IMG/VR virus record: IMGVR_UViG_3300045988_163275
Span: 43,752-107,751 of that record
Direction: 5' to 3' (one strand)
Source: a virus
Taxonomy: Duplodnaviria; Heunggongvirae; Uroviricota; Caudoviricetes
DNA: 64,000 bases
In this document: positions 9,661 to 20,262 of the stretch, in pieces
Layout: each line of letters opens with the position of its first letter
Numbering within the stretch: the stretch's first letter is position 1
Position numbers and translations under genes: made by a program
The notes under the pieces: generated by a model
What the model was told of the DNA's origin: nothing
The model's input: only the letters and a program-made list of their open reading frames with translations
Databases searched by the model: none

Positions 9661-10539
9661 TCACTTACAATTATTTTTTACCATCTCGTAAAGAGATGAG
9701 GACTTCGCCTTCTCAACAAAGCAAGTCAGATCCACATCGCTGTAGGTTGGGGATTTGAGGATCTTGCCATCAGAAACTCTGAAGCCGATCATCATGTCAG
9801 TCCCTTCAGCATGGCGGAACCCCAGATCTTCCTTATCGTATTTGCAATTCTCTACCGCCACACGACGCTCTTCGGCGTCAGCCGGCCACAGCTTGGTCAT
9901 GTTGGAACGGTGGATTTCTGCCACCAGCTCAACAATATCGATTCCGAGAAAATCAGCCAGACGGTAGGTCATCATGCAGGCAACGTAGATTTTGTTCATC
10001 ACGCGGCGCAGCTCCTGCACCAATTCGGAATCGCTTATCGGCTTCGCTTCAAGTTTGTCAGCCAGCGCATTCAGCATTAATGCAGCTTCTTTTGCTTCTT
10101 CAAACGGGATAGCCATATCGTCAAAGACCGTGTTGCCCGGAACCATGATGGTGTGGATGAAGCGATCAACACTCTGCTCTTGGGTGTAGTAACTCATGCC
10201 CGTCGAGATGCCGCCTTTGATGGCCACCATTGTGCCGACGCCCACGTAAAGGAAGTCAGCCATCGCGTCCAGCAGTGCCGTCATATCCCCATTTTTGGCT
10301 GCCGGGATGCCCTCGGTAACTGCTTCTTCGTGGATCAGCTTGGCACGCAGACGCAGTAATGCCGGATCTGGAATGGCACGGCGTGGGTGCTGAAACAGTG
10401 TGTGGAACTGGTCAACCATCAGGTAGATGCTTTCCGTTGTCTTGCCGAAACCGGGATTCAACTCGTAAGGCTCTGGTTTAAACCCCACGAGTTTGTCTGC
10501 GGCAAGTTTCAGATGATCGGTCAGTTTCGTAAATTTCAT
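9661..10539 (-). CDS. hypothetical protein (possible all-alpha MazG-like NTP pyrophosphatase)
   Basis: HEEAVTE...ALLDAMADFLYVG loosely resembles MazG EExxE/D motifs; weak. Confidence 0.35.
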   Translation of the reverse strand: MKFTKLTDHLKLAADKLVGFKPEPYELNPGFGKTTESIYLMVDQFHTLFQHPRRAIPDPALLRLRAKLIHEEAVTEGIPAAKNGDMTALLDAMADFLYVGVGTMVAIKGGISTGMSYYTQEQSVDRFIHTIMVPGNTVFDDMAIPFEEAKEAALMLNALADKLEAKPISDSELVQELRRVMNKIYVACMMTYRLADFLGIDIVELVAEIHRSNMTKLWPADAEERRVAVENCKYDKEDLGFRHAEGTDMMIGFRVSDGKILKSPTYSDVDLTCFVEKAKSSSLYEMVKNNCK

Positions 10540-10740
10540 GTTTTCTTTCCTTTAGACTTCTCTTGATACGCCAATTTTGACCCAGCAGCGCCAGGCCACA
10601 AAGTGGTTAAACTCGGCTTAGAGGTATTCGAACTGGCTCAGGCCAGTGCAATCGACAGCGAACTTTGTCAGCGCTTCATGCAACTGGCAGCGGCTCGGTG
10701 GGCGTTACGTTTTACGATGCTTATTATGTGTAGCCCAATT

Positions 10741-10765
10741 AAAAAGACCACTATATATAGTGGTC
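10741..10765 (-). terminator. rho-independent terminator downstream of ruvC-like gene
   Basis: Perfect 20-bp palindrome GACCACTATATATAGTGGTC followed on minus strand by TTTTT. Confidence 0.6.
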
Positions 10766-10804
10766 TCATGGTAATAGATAAGCACTTACCTATCAATTAT
10801 CAAC

Positions 10805-11374
10805 TTATAAAATTCCAGCAAGAACATCGCGAACCTGACGGAATTGATCAGTTTGCATACCGGTGTAAATCGATGCGACAGCGTCCGCAAGGTGCTCGTT
10901 TTTATTCACCAGCACTTCCTTGCCCGATTGCTTCCGGCGCAACCACGGGGCGTTTGGCTGCTTCTGCGTAGCCCACTGAATGATCTCTTCTTTCGACGTA
11001 GTCAGCTTATTCCCGACATAGTACTTAATCTCGTTTGGCGTGACCTGTATCAGTGGCTTATCCACACACGCCAGTACGCCAAGACAACCACCATAAGAAA
11101 CCATCGCTCTAGCAGATTGACTGCCTACTGGCAGTTCACAGAACACTAAATGAACTTGGTCAATCAGTGGCTTAATACCACGCCAAATCTCGTTCAACCG
11201 CCGCATATCGTCACTGTTAACGCGAACTTGCTTTTTCGTATCACCAGCTTTCGTCTCAATGAGATGCAACTTATTGACCTGCAATGCACCTGAATCCAGT
11301 TCTATTTCTCCGATGGCAACGCCAAAATTTGACAGAGATGGATCGAGACCTGCAACTTTGATTACTTTTTTCAC
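10805..11374 (-). CDS. RuvC-like Holliday junction resolvase
   Basis: N-terminal VAGLDPSLSNFGVAIGE and C-terminal EHLADAVASIYTG resemble RuvC/YqgF fold motifs. Confidence 0.6.
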   Translation of the reverse strand: MKKVIKVAGLDPSLSNFGVAIGEIELDSGALQVNKLHLIETKAGDTKKQVRVNSDDMRRLNEIWRGIKPLIDQVHLVFCELPVGSQSARAMVSYGGCLGVLACVDKPLIQVTPNEIKYYVGNKLTTSKEEIIQWATQKQPNAPWLRRKQSGKEVLVNKNEHLADAVASIYTGMQTDQFRQVRDVLAGIL

Positions 11375-12147
11375 TCTGTGACCTCCATTTCAACAAAATG
11401 CGGTAGATTGTGCTCTTCGATAAATCGCTTACGCGCTAAGTAAGCCTCCAATTCATCGTGACATTGATACAAGAAGACACACTCTCCTTTCCACACAACT
11501 CTAGCAACCCAAACCTTGTTCGTTTTGCAGTAATGAACGCCAGTAAACTTCGACGTACTACCATCCACTTTCCCTTGTTTATTTGCACTCTGGACGTGCT
11601 TGTCAGCCCACCTCAGATTCCCTGGTTCATATCCCTTGCTGGAGTCGATGCGATCAAGCGTAACCCCCTCTACAACTCTCTCCGTATCGGAAAACGGATA
11701 GCCCTCAAGTACGGAAACATACCTGTAAAAATTATCAAAATCCTCGAACCCGGTGGCGTAAGATATTCCCCGTCCACCATACTTTTCGTATCTTGCCCGA
11801 TTTGGATTGTTACAACGCGCCTTCATACTTGCCCAAGTCCAGTACAGAGGGTTTTCCATGACTTTATATTCTGCGTTCTGGCGATATATCCCGGCACATT
11901 TATTTGAGCAGGTCTTCTGTCTGACTCGCTTCGCGTTCTCAAGGTTTGCAGAGAATCGATGACCGCAGATAAAGCATTCAAGCTCAACAATTCGGCGCTT
12001 ACGCTCCCTTGAATCAAATATTGGCTCCAACTCTCTAATGAAATTTCCGTCGAAATCGTCGGGATTGATAGGTTTCGCATCTTTTCTTAATTTTGTCGCT
12101 CTTCCTCTCACTTTTGGTCTCCTTACCACGTAGCCCAGGTTGGGCAT
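11371..12147 (-). CDS. HNH homing endonuclease with AP2-like DNA-binding domain
   Basis: Zn-finger CFICGH...CSNKC, HNH_3-like YEPGNLRWADKHVQSANK, AP2-like FTGVHYCKTNKVWVARVVWKGE. Confidence 0.7.
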   Translation of the reverse strand: MPNLGYVVRRPKVRGRATKLRKDAKPINPDDFDGNFIRELEPIFDSRERKRRIVELECFICGHRFSANLENAKRVRQKTCSNKCAGIYRQNAEYKVMENPLYWTWASMKARCNNPNRARYEKYGGRGISYATGFEDFDNFYRYVSVLEGYPFSDTERVVEGVTLDRIDSSKGYEPGNLRWADKHVQSANKQGKVDGSTSKFTGVHYCKTNKVWVARVVWKGECVFLYQCHDELEAYLARKRFIEEHNLPHFVEMEVTE

Positions 12148-12869
12148 TCCATTAGTTTCTGTTCAAGTGTCTTCTCCGGCTCGCGAGTTGGCGGCTTCGG
12201 AATGTCGTTAACTACGTGAATGCCATCGTTGATCAGAACGCCTGCAGCAATATCTGCATCAATCATGCTCTGGCCGATGAAATGCCGCATGATGTCAATA
12301 AGTTGGCACGCAGCCTTTTCATTCGCGTTGAATACGTGGGGGAGGAGAACTTCAATAATCGCTACTTCACATCCCTTCTCGTAAAAGCAGAGTTTCGCCC
12401 GCTTTGAAATTGGCGCGTGCCGGTCATAGTCAACAGAGAAGCTGGCGAAGGCAGCACCCGGCATTGCAACGTGATCCGCGCGTGCGTTAGCGTGTCGAAT
12501 CAGATTAGTGAATGCGGTGCTGATGTGCGTCTCCATTGCATTGAAGAGTGCATTTTCTTGGATGTTCAGCGTTCCGGTTTCAGGAATCACAACGAACCCC
12601 GGCCCAGAATGTGGGAGATATCCACCTTCCGTAAATGGATTAATAAGGATCGGCGCAGTGCTTCCTGACGGCAGATTAGCCAAGCTCGGCATCAAAGGAG
12701 TCGATGACAATAGATTGGTTAATACCGAGAACTGGTTGTCGCTGATGTTTACGTTTTTCCACAAAAGTGCAGGCGGAGTTACTTTTGCTGTATGGTTGTT
12801 TATCAGCTTTATAGACTGCATCACGGCAAACATCTGCAAAAACTGCGTGCGGCTCAAGTTAAACGACAT
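12123..12869 (-). CDS. hypothetical protein
   Basis: 248-aa ORF immediately downstream of sbcC-like gene. Confidence 0.45.
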   Translation of the reverse strand: MSFNLSRTQFLQMFAVMQSIKLINNHTAKVTPPALLWKNVNISDNQFSVLTNLLSSTPLMPSLANLPSGSTAPILINPFTEGGYLPHSGPGFVVIPETGTLNIQENALFNAMETHISTAFTNLIRHANARADHVAMPGAAFASFSVDYDRHAPISKRAKLCFYEKGCEVAIIEVLLPHVFNANEKAACQLIDIMRHFIGQSMIDADIAAGVLINDGIHVVNDIPKPPTREPEKTLEQKLMECPTWATW

Positions 12870-14775
12870 AGCTGCGCCCCTCTTTAACTTCGACAGTGAT
12901 AATTTCCCGGAACCACGATTTCATCTCTTTGTGGGAGATGATCATCACTGTGCCACGTTCACGCGCTTTGGCTTCCAGAATCCCCATGAGACGCTCCAGA
13001 CCGGCTGTGTCGAGCGCGTCGTCAATTTCATCACCGATAAATAGCTCGATATTCTTACTGGCGCGACTGGCAACCAGATCCTGCAAAGCCAGAGAGCACG
13101 CAATACGTACCTTACGCTTCTCACCACCAGACAAAGTCTGGAAGGATTTGCTGGAGCCTGTTTTGATTACGCTGATATTGAATTTGTCGCGATACTCACC
13201 TTTCTTCGTTGTCTCCATTGTCGACCATTCGGCAACGATATTGCCGTCCGACAGCGTGTTGAGATACTCCGCAGTCCTGATGTTCAGGAAAGGCGTAACG
13301 GAGGTCAGGATGTGTGAACGCACGCCTGCTGGGGAGTAAACCTGGCGGGCCTTCTCCAGCAACAGAGCCTGTTTCTGAATGCTCTTTAACTCATTTTTAA
13401 GTACTGCATGATTAGATTTATTGGCAGCCAGGTTGTCTTCATGGCGCTTAATAACGGCCAGAAATGGGTTTGCTTCCGCCATGATGCGATTCACTTCAGT
13501 ACGCGCCCGCGCAACCATCGCTTCGACGGCCACAACTTCACGTTCGCGATGACGCAGCGCACTTAGCTCATTGGTCAGGCGTTCTATTGTGGAGATGATT
13601 TCTGAGACGTCGGGTGTGGCTGCGACCAGTGCAGACTCGATACCGAGCGCTTTCTCAAGACGAGCCTTGTGTTGAGCCACTGCCGCTGCTGATGTCTGCG
13701 CAAGGCCGATCTCATTGCGCGCTTGTTCAATGAAGCTCTCCTTCACCGTGGATAAATCTTCTTCGCAGTAGGGCTTTCCGCACGTAATGCAGGGTGCCCC
13801 GATCTTTGTGCTGACCTCTTCAGCTTTGGTTTTAAACGAGCGAGCACGGTTTATCGACTCGTTCTGTGCCGCTTCTGAAGTACGGATGCTTGAGCGGATC
13901 TCAGTAATAGCACTGCGCACCTTCAGCAGTTTGGCGTCATGCTCTTCTTTGGAGGCCAGCTTGCTGCGTTCGCCAGCAATCGCGTTTTCCGTATCACGGA
14001 TCTGTTCCGGCAGCGAGCGAATTTCCATCTCGACTTCAGACAGTGTTACCTCCGCGCCAGCCAAATCGGCTCGGGCCTTGTCCAGACGCTCGCCGCGATC
14101 GCGCTCCCAGCTTTCAGAGGACGCTTTGGCCGCCTCAATCTCTGACTGTGCAGTCTCGATAAGCGTGAGACAGGCGTCCATTTTGGATTTGGTAACGTCC
14201 ATACGTGCGGCAGCTGCATTAGCACGCTCGCGGGCAATGGCATAGGCTCGCGTCAATCGGTCGACGCCAGCAGCTTCTTCAACGATGGTTTTGAGGCTCT
14301 TGTCGGACATACCGGGCAGATCTGGCATCGCTTCCTGACTGGCGTAGATGGACGCCATGAACACCTCTTTCGATGCCCCAATCAGACGTTCTACGAACGT
14401 CTGTGTCAGCGTGTCCTTGCCTTTGGTCATATCACCGTCTTCACCACGGACGATTAGTCGGTTCTTGAACTCTTTGTGTTTACGATGGCGAATGATCGCG
14501 TATTTCTTACCTTCGTCTTCAACTGTAACCATCACACGGCAGTTCTTCTCATGGCCCGTCGACAGCACGTCATCGCCTTTGACGCCATGTGCAGTCTCAC
14601 CATACAGACACCACATTAAGCTATTCATCAGAGTGGATTTCCCGGCGCCATTGCTGGCAGCAGACGTATCGCCACTGTTCACACCCTGGATCAGCACCAG
14701 TCCACGCTGGTCTAACTCGACTTCTGCGCTGGCGATTGCCATAAAATTTTCAACCTGGAGCTTTAAAAACTTCAT
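12859..14775 (-). CDS. sbcC: SbcC/Rad50-like ATPase (short form with zinc hook)
   Basis: Walker A NGAGKST, CxxC hook CITCGKPYC, signature LSGGEKRKV, Walker B LFIGDEID; start placed at MKFLKLQVENF ATG 14773-14775 with GAGGTG RBS. Confidence 0.8.
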   Translation of the reverse strand: MKFLKLQVENFMAIASAEVELDQRGLVLIQGVNSGDTSAASNGAGKSTLMNSLMWCLYGETAHGVKGDDVLSTGHEKNCRVMVTVEDEGKKYAIIRHRKHKEFKNRLIVRGEDGDMTKGKDTLTQTFVERLIGASKEVFMASIYASQEAMPDLPGMSDKSLKTIVEEAAGVDRLTRAYAIARERANAAAARMDVTKSKMDACLTLIETAQSEIEAAKASSESWERDRGERLDKARADLAGAEVTLSEVEMEIRSLPEQIRDTENAIAGERSKLASKEEHDAKLLKVRSAITEIRSSIRTSEAAQNESINRARSFKTKAEEVSTKIGAPCITCGKPYCEEDLSTVKESFIEQARNEIGLAQTSAAAVAQHKARLEKALGIESALVAATPDVSEIISTIERLTNELSALRHREREVVAVEAMVARARTEVNRIMAEANPFLAVIKRHEDNLAANKSNHAVLKNELKSIQKQALLLEKARQVYSPAGVRSHILTSVTPFLNIRTAEYLNTLSDGNIVAEWSTMETTKKGEYRDKFNISVIKTGSSKSFQTLSGGEKRKVRIACSLALQDLVASRASKNIELFIGDEIDDALDTAGLERLMGILEAKARERGTVMIISHKEMKSWFREIITVEVKEGRSYVV

Positions 14776-15004
14776 ATAACACCTCTGATATCGTGTGTTA
14801 ACTTTTGACCATCTTTCAATCTGAACTCCGTATGCGCGGGGAAGGATCTGCGATTCAATAAGCCTTTTCTGGTTAGCCTTCCAAGATAAAACGCTACGGG
14901 ATTTCCTCCTGAAGGGTATGGCTTGTGAAACATAACCGTCTGGCCTTTTTGAAGTTTTTTCATCACGATGGCAAACTCTCGAAAGCTCCCATAATAACGT
15001 TGCC

Positions 15005-16090
15005 TCACACAGCCTCCGCACTCTCTGCTTCGGTCAAGATCTCCTGACACAGTATGTCCAGCTTGCTCAGGTCGAAGCCACCGTCAGTGTCGTGAACGAT
15101 CTTGCAGTACGCCGCAACGGACTCTCCCAGGCTGTCAATTTTGCTGGTTTCCGCAGTACTGGCAGCGCCTTCCATCATCGATGCCTTGCGAATGAAGTTG
15201 CAGACGACACCCTTCGCGCCCATTGTTTTCAGGACATTCTGAAGTTTGATGCCTTCTTCATCGCTCTCAACAACGGCACGGAAGCGCACGTAGTTGCCGC
15301 GAATCTGATCGTCATCTACATCGTCCTCAAGGTTCACGAATTTAGGTGCCGAGGTTTCGTGGTGAGTGAATGAGCCGTCCGGTTTGACGATCATGAAGCC
15401 GGCCAGTGAACCAACATCCCCCCAATTCTGGTGTGTCAGCGCCCCGATACTTACCACTCCAGGCAGCACTTCTTTGTGGTTGTGGTAGTGCCCGGACAAC
15501 AATAAACGGAAGCCGATATCTTTCAGTTCCTGTGCGTCGATGCCGACATCGGGCATGGTGGGGATCGCTTTGTTGATTGAGGTATGTACAACAACATCAT
15601 GGTTGTCACCATCCAGCCCGGAACGCAGCGTTTTGAGATCGCTGATAAGTTCTGCGTGGTTATTACGCCAGCTAATCAGATGGACGGTTACGTCGCCCAT
15701 TTTGATGGAATGAGGACGTTTGCCGCAGACGATTTCCACACCGATTGAGCGCAGAGAGGCTGCTGCATTGGCGCTGTATACGGAATCGTTGGTTTCGAGG
15801 TCGTGGTTGCCAGCCAGCATTACCACCTTGAGACCCAACTCTTTGATGATCCACTCGTAAGTTTCGGTCACGAAATGCAGAACGGAAGGTGATATAGCAC
15901 CGCGAACATGGAAGGTATCACCAGCTACCAGCATGTGCTTACAGCCAGCAGCTTTCATCGCTTTGGCCGCCTCCTTCGTAGCGTCCAATTGGATCTCCAG
16001 CCGAGAGTTAAGCCCGTCAGCGTTTGTTGTCGCAAAAGCATCCCAACGATGATAATGGGGATCTGATATTACCCCGTATGGCAATGTCAT
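15005..16090 (-). CDS. sbcD: SbcD/Mre11-like metallophosphatase nuclease
   Basis: GDTFH and GNHD metallophosphoesterase motifs; adjacent to sbcC-like gene. Confidence 0.8.
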   Translation of the reverse strand: MTLPYGVISDPHYHRWDAFATTNADGLNSRLEIQLDATKEAAKAMKAAGCKHMLVAGDTFHVRGAISPSVLHFVTETYEWIIKELGLKVVMLAGNHDLETNDSVYSANAAASLRSIGVEIVCGKRPHSIKMGDVTVHLISWRNNHAELISDLKTLRSGLDGDNHDVVVHTSINKAIPTMPDVGIDAQELKDIGFRLLLSGHYHNHKEVLPGVVSIGALTHQNWGDVGSLAGFMIVKPDGSFTHHETSAPKFVNLEDDVDDDQIRGNYVRFRAVVESDEEGIKLQNVLKTMGAKGVVCNFIRKASMMEGAASTAETSKIDSLGESVAAYCKIVHDTDGGFDLSKLDILCQEILTEAESAEAV

Positions 16091-16487
16091 GTGTCTTTTC
16101 CTTTGTGGTTATTTTGATACAAATTCTAAGCGTGCATAAGAGGCGTACAACCCAGACAACACGGCACACGAAAGAATATAAAGGCACATGATAATGACAA
16201 AAAAAATAAGTAAGTAAATACCTATCAGATAGGGCAGCAACGATTTCTAAACGTCACAAGCAATTTTATGAGAGCAGTCATTTACTGATGACAAGAAATG
16301 AAAAAGGAGAACGGACGGTGAAGTTGTGAGATGACATTTACGGCGTTTGCGTGCGTCGTCTTCAAACGCATCCGTCGGCCACAGTTTCTGCTCTTGAATA
16401 AAATTCACTCATGCATTAATCCCTAAAGCTCTCAGTGTCTTTCTAAGACACCATATTTTATGCCCGGTAAAAAGCATGAGTTTGCCT

Positions 16488-17132
16488 TTAAAACGTCTCT
16501 GAGGGCTTCTGACGCGCTCTGCTGATGTCTATTACCCCAGCTTTTGGACGAGGGTCTACAAGATTCAACTCTTCAGCACTGTGATACTCCGTGTCGAACT
16601 CCCGATCGACATGGCGAATGTAAATGGCTGTCAGAAGGCTGTTATCATTCAGAAAGTGTCCGTAAGATTTGCGAATTACTTCGCCAACCTTCTCAATCTT
16701 CTCTCCGCCCATGCAGAGATGGTTAAATCGGCTGTGTTTCCGCAGCATTTCATCCACCGGGCCTGAGTAGACCTTATCAACTCTCCCGAACCGGATGACA
16801 TTTCCGGTATCAGCTTCAACCAGACAAACGAGTTTGCCAGGTTCGACACGATCTCGCCAAGTGACACCAGAGCGCAGTGTGTTGAAGTAGGGAGCATCCA
16901 ATCCGATGATCGGTTTACGAAATGCTAGTAGTGGCACGTAACGTATGCAGCTGTTTAGGTGGAAATGCGCACCGGCGTCGTGGAGTTTAAGCCGGGTTTC
17001 GTTAATCGGGCATTTCGAAGCAATGCCGCAAAGGTCGCAGAGCAACTTCTGTTTGTTCAGACTAGTGTTTGATTCAATGGTGTAGGAGCCATCTTCAAGA
17101 CGGCGAACCCAGCGCGTGCGTTTAAGATCCAT
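16488..17132 (-). CDS. hypothetical protein
   Basis: 214-aa ORF, no recognizable motif. Confidence 0.45.
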   Translation of the reverse strand: MDLKRTRWVRRLEDGSYTIESNTSLNKQKLLCDLCGIASKCPINETRLKLHDAGAHFHLNSCIRYVPLLAFRKPIIGLDAPYFNTLRSGVTWRDRVEPGKLVCLVEADTGNVIRFGRVDKVYSGPVDEMLRKHSRFNHLCMGGEKIEKVGEVIRKSYGHFLNDNSLLTAIYIRHVDREFDTEYHSAEELNLVDPRPKAGVIDISRARQKPSETF

Positions 17133-17195
17133 AATTCTTGTTCAAATAATTTTGTCCGGGGCAACGATAACGGATAAGGCGCACCGGAGTTTGCA

Positions 17196-17300
17196 AATGC
17201 CTGTTTACTTATTCACTTTATTCACAGGCCCGATCCAATATTTAGATCCCCAGAGAGATCCTACAGAAGATCAAAAGAGATCCCCGATCGTCTCCAGCGC
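17196..17300. repeat. GATC-rich approx 90-bp direct repeat unit (copy 1), origin-like
   Basis: Segment cacaggcccgatcca...agatccc...aaagagatcccc with 6 GATC sites; second copy at about 17584-17690. Confidence 0.5.
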
Positions 17301-17330
17301 TTGCGGTTACTGGCTTGAGAAGGGGTTACT

Positions 17331-17436
17331 ATCCACTATAGGGAGCAAAATAACCACTGTAGAGAGCATAATAACCGCTATGAAGAGCAAAACAACCTCT
17401 CTGGAGAGTAGTCGGTATCCACTGTAGTGAGTAGGA
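17331..17436. repeat. iteron array (about 5 units of approx 21 bp, core CCACTGTAGnGAG)
   Basis: Tandem units atccactatagggagcaaaata / accactgtagagagcataataa / ... / atccactgtagtgagtaggag. Confidence 0.7.
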
Positions 17437-17583
17437 GACAATGTTTTAACTGGATAACTCCGAGCCTGTTTTTCTGCGGCAGATGGCTGATATTCTTGGA
17501 AATATTGTAAATTTTGCGTTGCGGCGTGTTTATTTCGATCACACATTATCCCCAGAAGGGGAGTGATGCCTGATTTTGTAATT

Positions 17584-17690
17584 ATCTGATTTTTATACAC
17601 AGGCCCGATCCAGTAATTCAGATCCCTGTTAGAACCAAAGAGAACCACAAAGACCCAAAGAGATCCCCGGACCCTGCAAACCGTTGTGCC
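17584..17690. repeat. GATC-containing direct repeat unit (copy 2)
   Basis: Shares cacaggcccgatcca and aaagagatcccc blocks with copy 1. Confidence 0.45.
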
Positions 17691-17713
17691 ACATGGCTTT
17701 AGAGGTTATCGAT

Positions 17714-17840
17714 ATCCACTATAGCGAGAATAACAACCACTATGGAGAGTAAATCAACCACTATGGAGAGTAGAAAAACCGCTGTAGGCGGTAGGATAAC
17801 CACTGTGATGGGTGCTACTATCCACTGTAATCAGTAAAGG
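17714..17840. repeat. iteron array upstream of repA
   Basis: Units atccactatagcgag, accactatggagag (x2), ccgctgtaggcgg, accactgtgatggg, tccactgtaatcag. Confidence 0.7.
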
Positions 17841-17874
17841 CACCCAAGCCGTCGAATAAAAAGAGACATTTGGA

Positions 17875-18930
17875 ATGAGCGTAAACGACAATAAAAACAT
17901 TGCGATAAGCGAAGCATTTTCCGAAACAGACAAAAAGACCGGCGAAGTTGTTACGTTAGTTCCTAACACCAACAACACAGTTCAGCCTGTTGCTCTGATG
18001 CGTCTTGGTCTCTTCGTTCCGACGCTGAAATCGACATCCAGGGGTAGAAAGGGGCAAATGGTCTCTATGGACGCCTCCGCTGAACTCAAACAGCTGTCTC
18101 TGGCCAAAGCCGAAGGGTACGAGGATATAAGGATTGCTGGTCTTCGTCTTGATATGGATAACGATTTCAAAACATGGGTGGGCATCATCCACGCGTTCGC
18201 CAAGCACAAGGTTGTTGGTGACACCGTCACGTTGCCGTTCGTCGAGTTCGTCAGACTTTGTGGCATACCAACAGCCAGATCGTCCGCGAAGTTACGTAAG
18301 CGCCTGGACAGCTCTCTAAGTCGTATCGCCACAAACACCATCTCATTCCGCAGCAAAGGCTCTGAAGAGTATTACGTTACGCACCTTGTGCAGACGGCAA
18401 AGTACAGTACCAAGAATGACACGGTCGAACTGAAGGCCGATCCTAAGATTTTCGAACTTTACCAGTTCGACAAAAAGGTGCTTTTGCAACTTCGGGCCAT
18501 CAACGAACTCTCCAGAAAGGAATCCGCGCAGGCGCTCTACACCTTCATTGAAAGTTTGCCACCAGACCCGGCGCCAATCTCATTGGCTCGCTTACGCGCC
18601 AGACTTAACTTAACCAGCCGCACCATTACCCAGAATGCGACAGTCAGGAAGGCGATGGAGCAACTGCGAGAGATCGGCTATCTCGATTACACTGAAGTGA
18701 AACGCGGCAGCTCGGTCTACTTCGTCATCCACTATAGACGGCCGAAGTTACGTTCGGCACTGCCGCCATCTATGGCCACGCCTGAAGATCCAGAAGATAT
18801 CTTGCCAGGTGATGATCCGGAGGACATTATCGATGTTGCTCCTGAAGAAAAAGACGGGGAAATGGTCATGTTGAGCAAGGAAGAACTGGCGATTCTCGAA
18901 GAGCTGCGCAAGGCAAAGGCTCGCAAATAG
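17875..18930 (+). CDS. repA: replication initiator RepA (P1/RepFIB-like)
   Basis: Blocks [60 protein letters not shown] match my recollection of P1 RepA; flanked on both sides by iterons. Confidence 0.8.
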   Translation: MSVNDNKNIAISEAFSETDKKTGEVVTLVPNTNNTVQPVALMRLGLFVPTLKSTSRGRKGQMVSMDASAELKQLSLAKAEGYEDIRIAGLRLDMDNDFKTWVGIIHAFAKHKVVGDTVTLPFVEFVRLCGIPTARSSAKLRKRLDSSLSRIATNTISFRSKGSEEYYVTHLVQTAKYSTKNDTVELKADPKIFELYQFDKKVLLQLRAINELSRKESAQALYTFIESLPPDPAPISLARLRARLNLTSRTITQNATVRKAMEQLREIGYLDYTEVKRGSSVYFVIHYRRPKLRSALPPSMATPEDPEDILPGDDPEDIIDVAPEEKDGEMVMLSKEELAILEELRKAKARK

Positions 18931-18934
18931 CCCA

Positions 18935-19490
18935 ACCACTGTAGAGAGTAAAAAGGCTCACTATCCACTGTAGTGAGCCTTTTTGTTTATCGGAAATGCA
19001 ATATCCACTGTAGTGAGTAAAAGAAACCGAAGAATAACCACTGTAGGCAGTGCGCACAAATCGCGAAGTAAATGTTAGTGGTTGCAAACATAGATAAAAC
19101 AAGGGCTGAGAGGTTAGCGGTCACTGGGTATCCATGTTAAGTCTACTCTCTACAGCGGTTATCGTCGCTCTCTTCATTGTTGACTATCCACTGTGAAGAG
19201 CAGAATTGGCTGACTTGACCTTTATCCACTGTAGTGAGTGGATATCTGTTTAAAACAGCGAAGATTTACTCTCCATAGTGGATATCCGCTGGAGGAGGCA
19301 TTCCATCACTCTCTATAGTGGTTGTTTGTAGTCAGTGAACGCCTGTTTACTCACTACAGTGGATAGTTGATATCGTGGCAGAGGGTTTGCTCACTACAGT
19401 GGTTGGGGTGCATACCTGAAGGGTGTTCTACTCGCTACAGTGGTTATGAGCCGGATTCACACACGGTGAGCTGGCTACTCACCGCAGTGG
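18935..19490. repeat. downstream iteron field (about 13 units, both orientations)
   Basis: CCACTGTAG(T/A)GAG-type units in direct orientation 18936-19058 and mostly inverted orientation 19148-19490. Confidence 0.7.
18954..18985 (+). terminator. hairpin plus T-run after repA (overlaps an iteron)
   Basis: AGGCTCACTA tccactg TAGTGAGCCT followed by TTTTTG, preceded by AAAAA. Confidence 0.45.
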
Positions 19491-19711
19491 ATAGTGTTAT
19501 CAGTGGATTTTCTTCAGCAGACCCCAGAGTGTCCCGGCCTTCGTTGCGAGCTTACCTGTTTCCGGATCGTACATGTGCCATTCACGTCGCTGGTGGACAA
19601 TATACCCATCTTCACGTTCCAGTCGTTCCAGTACGCCGGACTGCTTGAACCCTTTGGCACGCCAGTAGCCGCTTGTTTTTTCGATTTCCAGACCTGTCAG
19701 TGTAACCGCCA

Positions 19712-20047
19712 TCAACTAATCTCCTTGCAGTCATCGAAAAGGTAGCTGTCGTTCTTCGCGTGAACGCCGTATACATCACCCGATTTGTTGTAAACGAACC
19801 TATCTTTACCTACGCCAGATAGTTCGCCGTTACGTTTAGTGAGAAACGGGGAAGACAGGACGCGATCATCGCGTACCACATAAAACTGTTCGCCGCGGTC
19901 CACAACCATCGCGCCGTAATTAGCTTTAACGACGTTACGGATCAGGCCGTTTTTCGCTTCGACCACAAACATTTCGCACTCATAGACATGTGTGTCCGCA
20001 AAGACGGGGAGAGTGAGCAGCGCCAGTACCAGGGCTGTTTTCTTCAT
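19712..20047 (-). CDS. secreted/periplasmic hypothetical protein
   Basis: N-terminal signal-peptide-like MKKTALVLALLTLPVFA. Confidence 0.5.
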   Translation of the reverse strand: MKKTALVLALLTLPVFADTHVYECEMFVVEAKNGLIRNVVKANYGAMVVDRGEQFYVVRDDRVLSSPFLTKRNGELSGVGKDRFVYNKSGDVYGVHAKNDSYLFDDCKEIS

Positions 20048-20223
20048 GCCACGACTCCTTTGAAAACGCCTAATGCTGAGTCGAAGACCAGTACTACGGC
20101 CAGCGCATTGATCATCACATCATTAACAGGCGCCAGCGCTTTACGGATTGCCTCTGTGAAGATGCAGTCGAGCACAAAGGCTATCGAGATAATAAGTAAC
20201 GTAATATCTAATAAAATTTTCAT
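20044..20223 (-). CDS. small hydrophobic membrane protein (59 aa), not in ORF track
   Basis: Translation MKILLDITLLIISIAFVLDCIFTEAIRKALAPVNDVMINALAVVLVFDSALGVFKGVVA; stop overlaps next start (ATGA). Confidence 0.3.
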   Translation of the reverse strand: MKILLDITLLIISIAFVLDCIFTEAIRKALAPVNDVMINALAVVLVFDSALGVFKGVVA

Positions 20224-20262
20224 GATAGGTAAATGCTAACTTATATATTTTTGCTGTTAATA

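Noticed and set aside
17116-17648. ORFs 17116..17427 (+) and 17307..17648 (-) in the ORF track
   Set aside because: They lie entirely within iteron and GATC-repeat DNA upstream of repA; the repeats generate open frames, so these are likely spurious.
17300-19490. Possible CRISPR array suggested by regularly spaced short repeats
   Set aside because: The repeats are about 21-bp iterons without unique spacers, occur in both orientations and flank a RepA gene; this is a replicon, not CRISPR.
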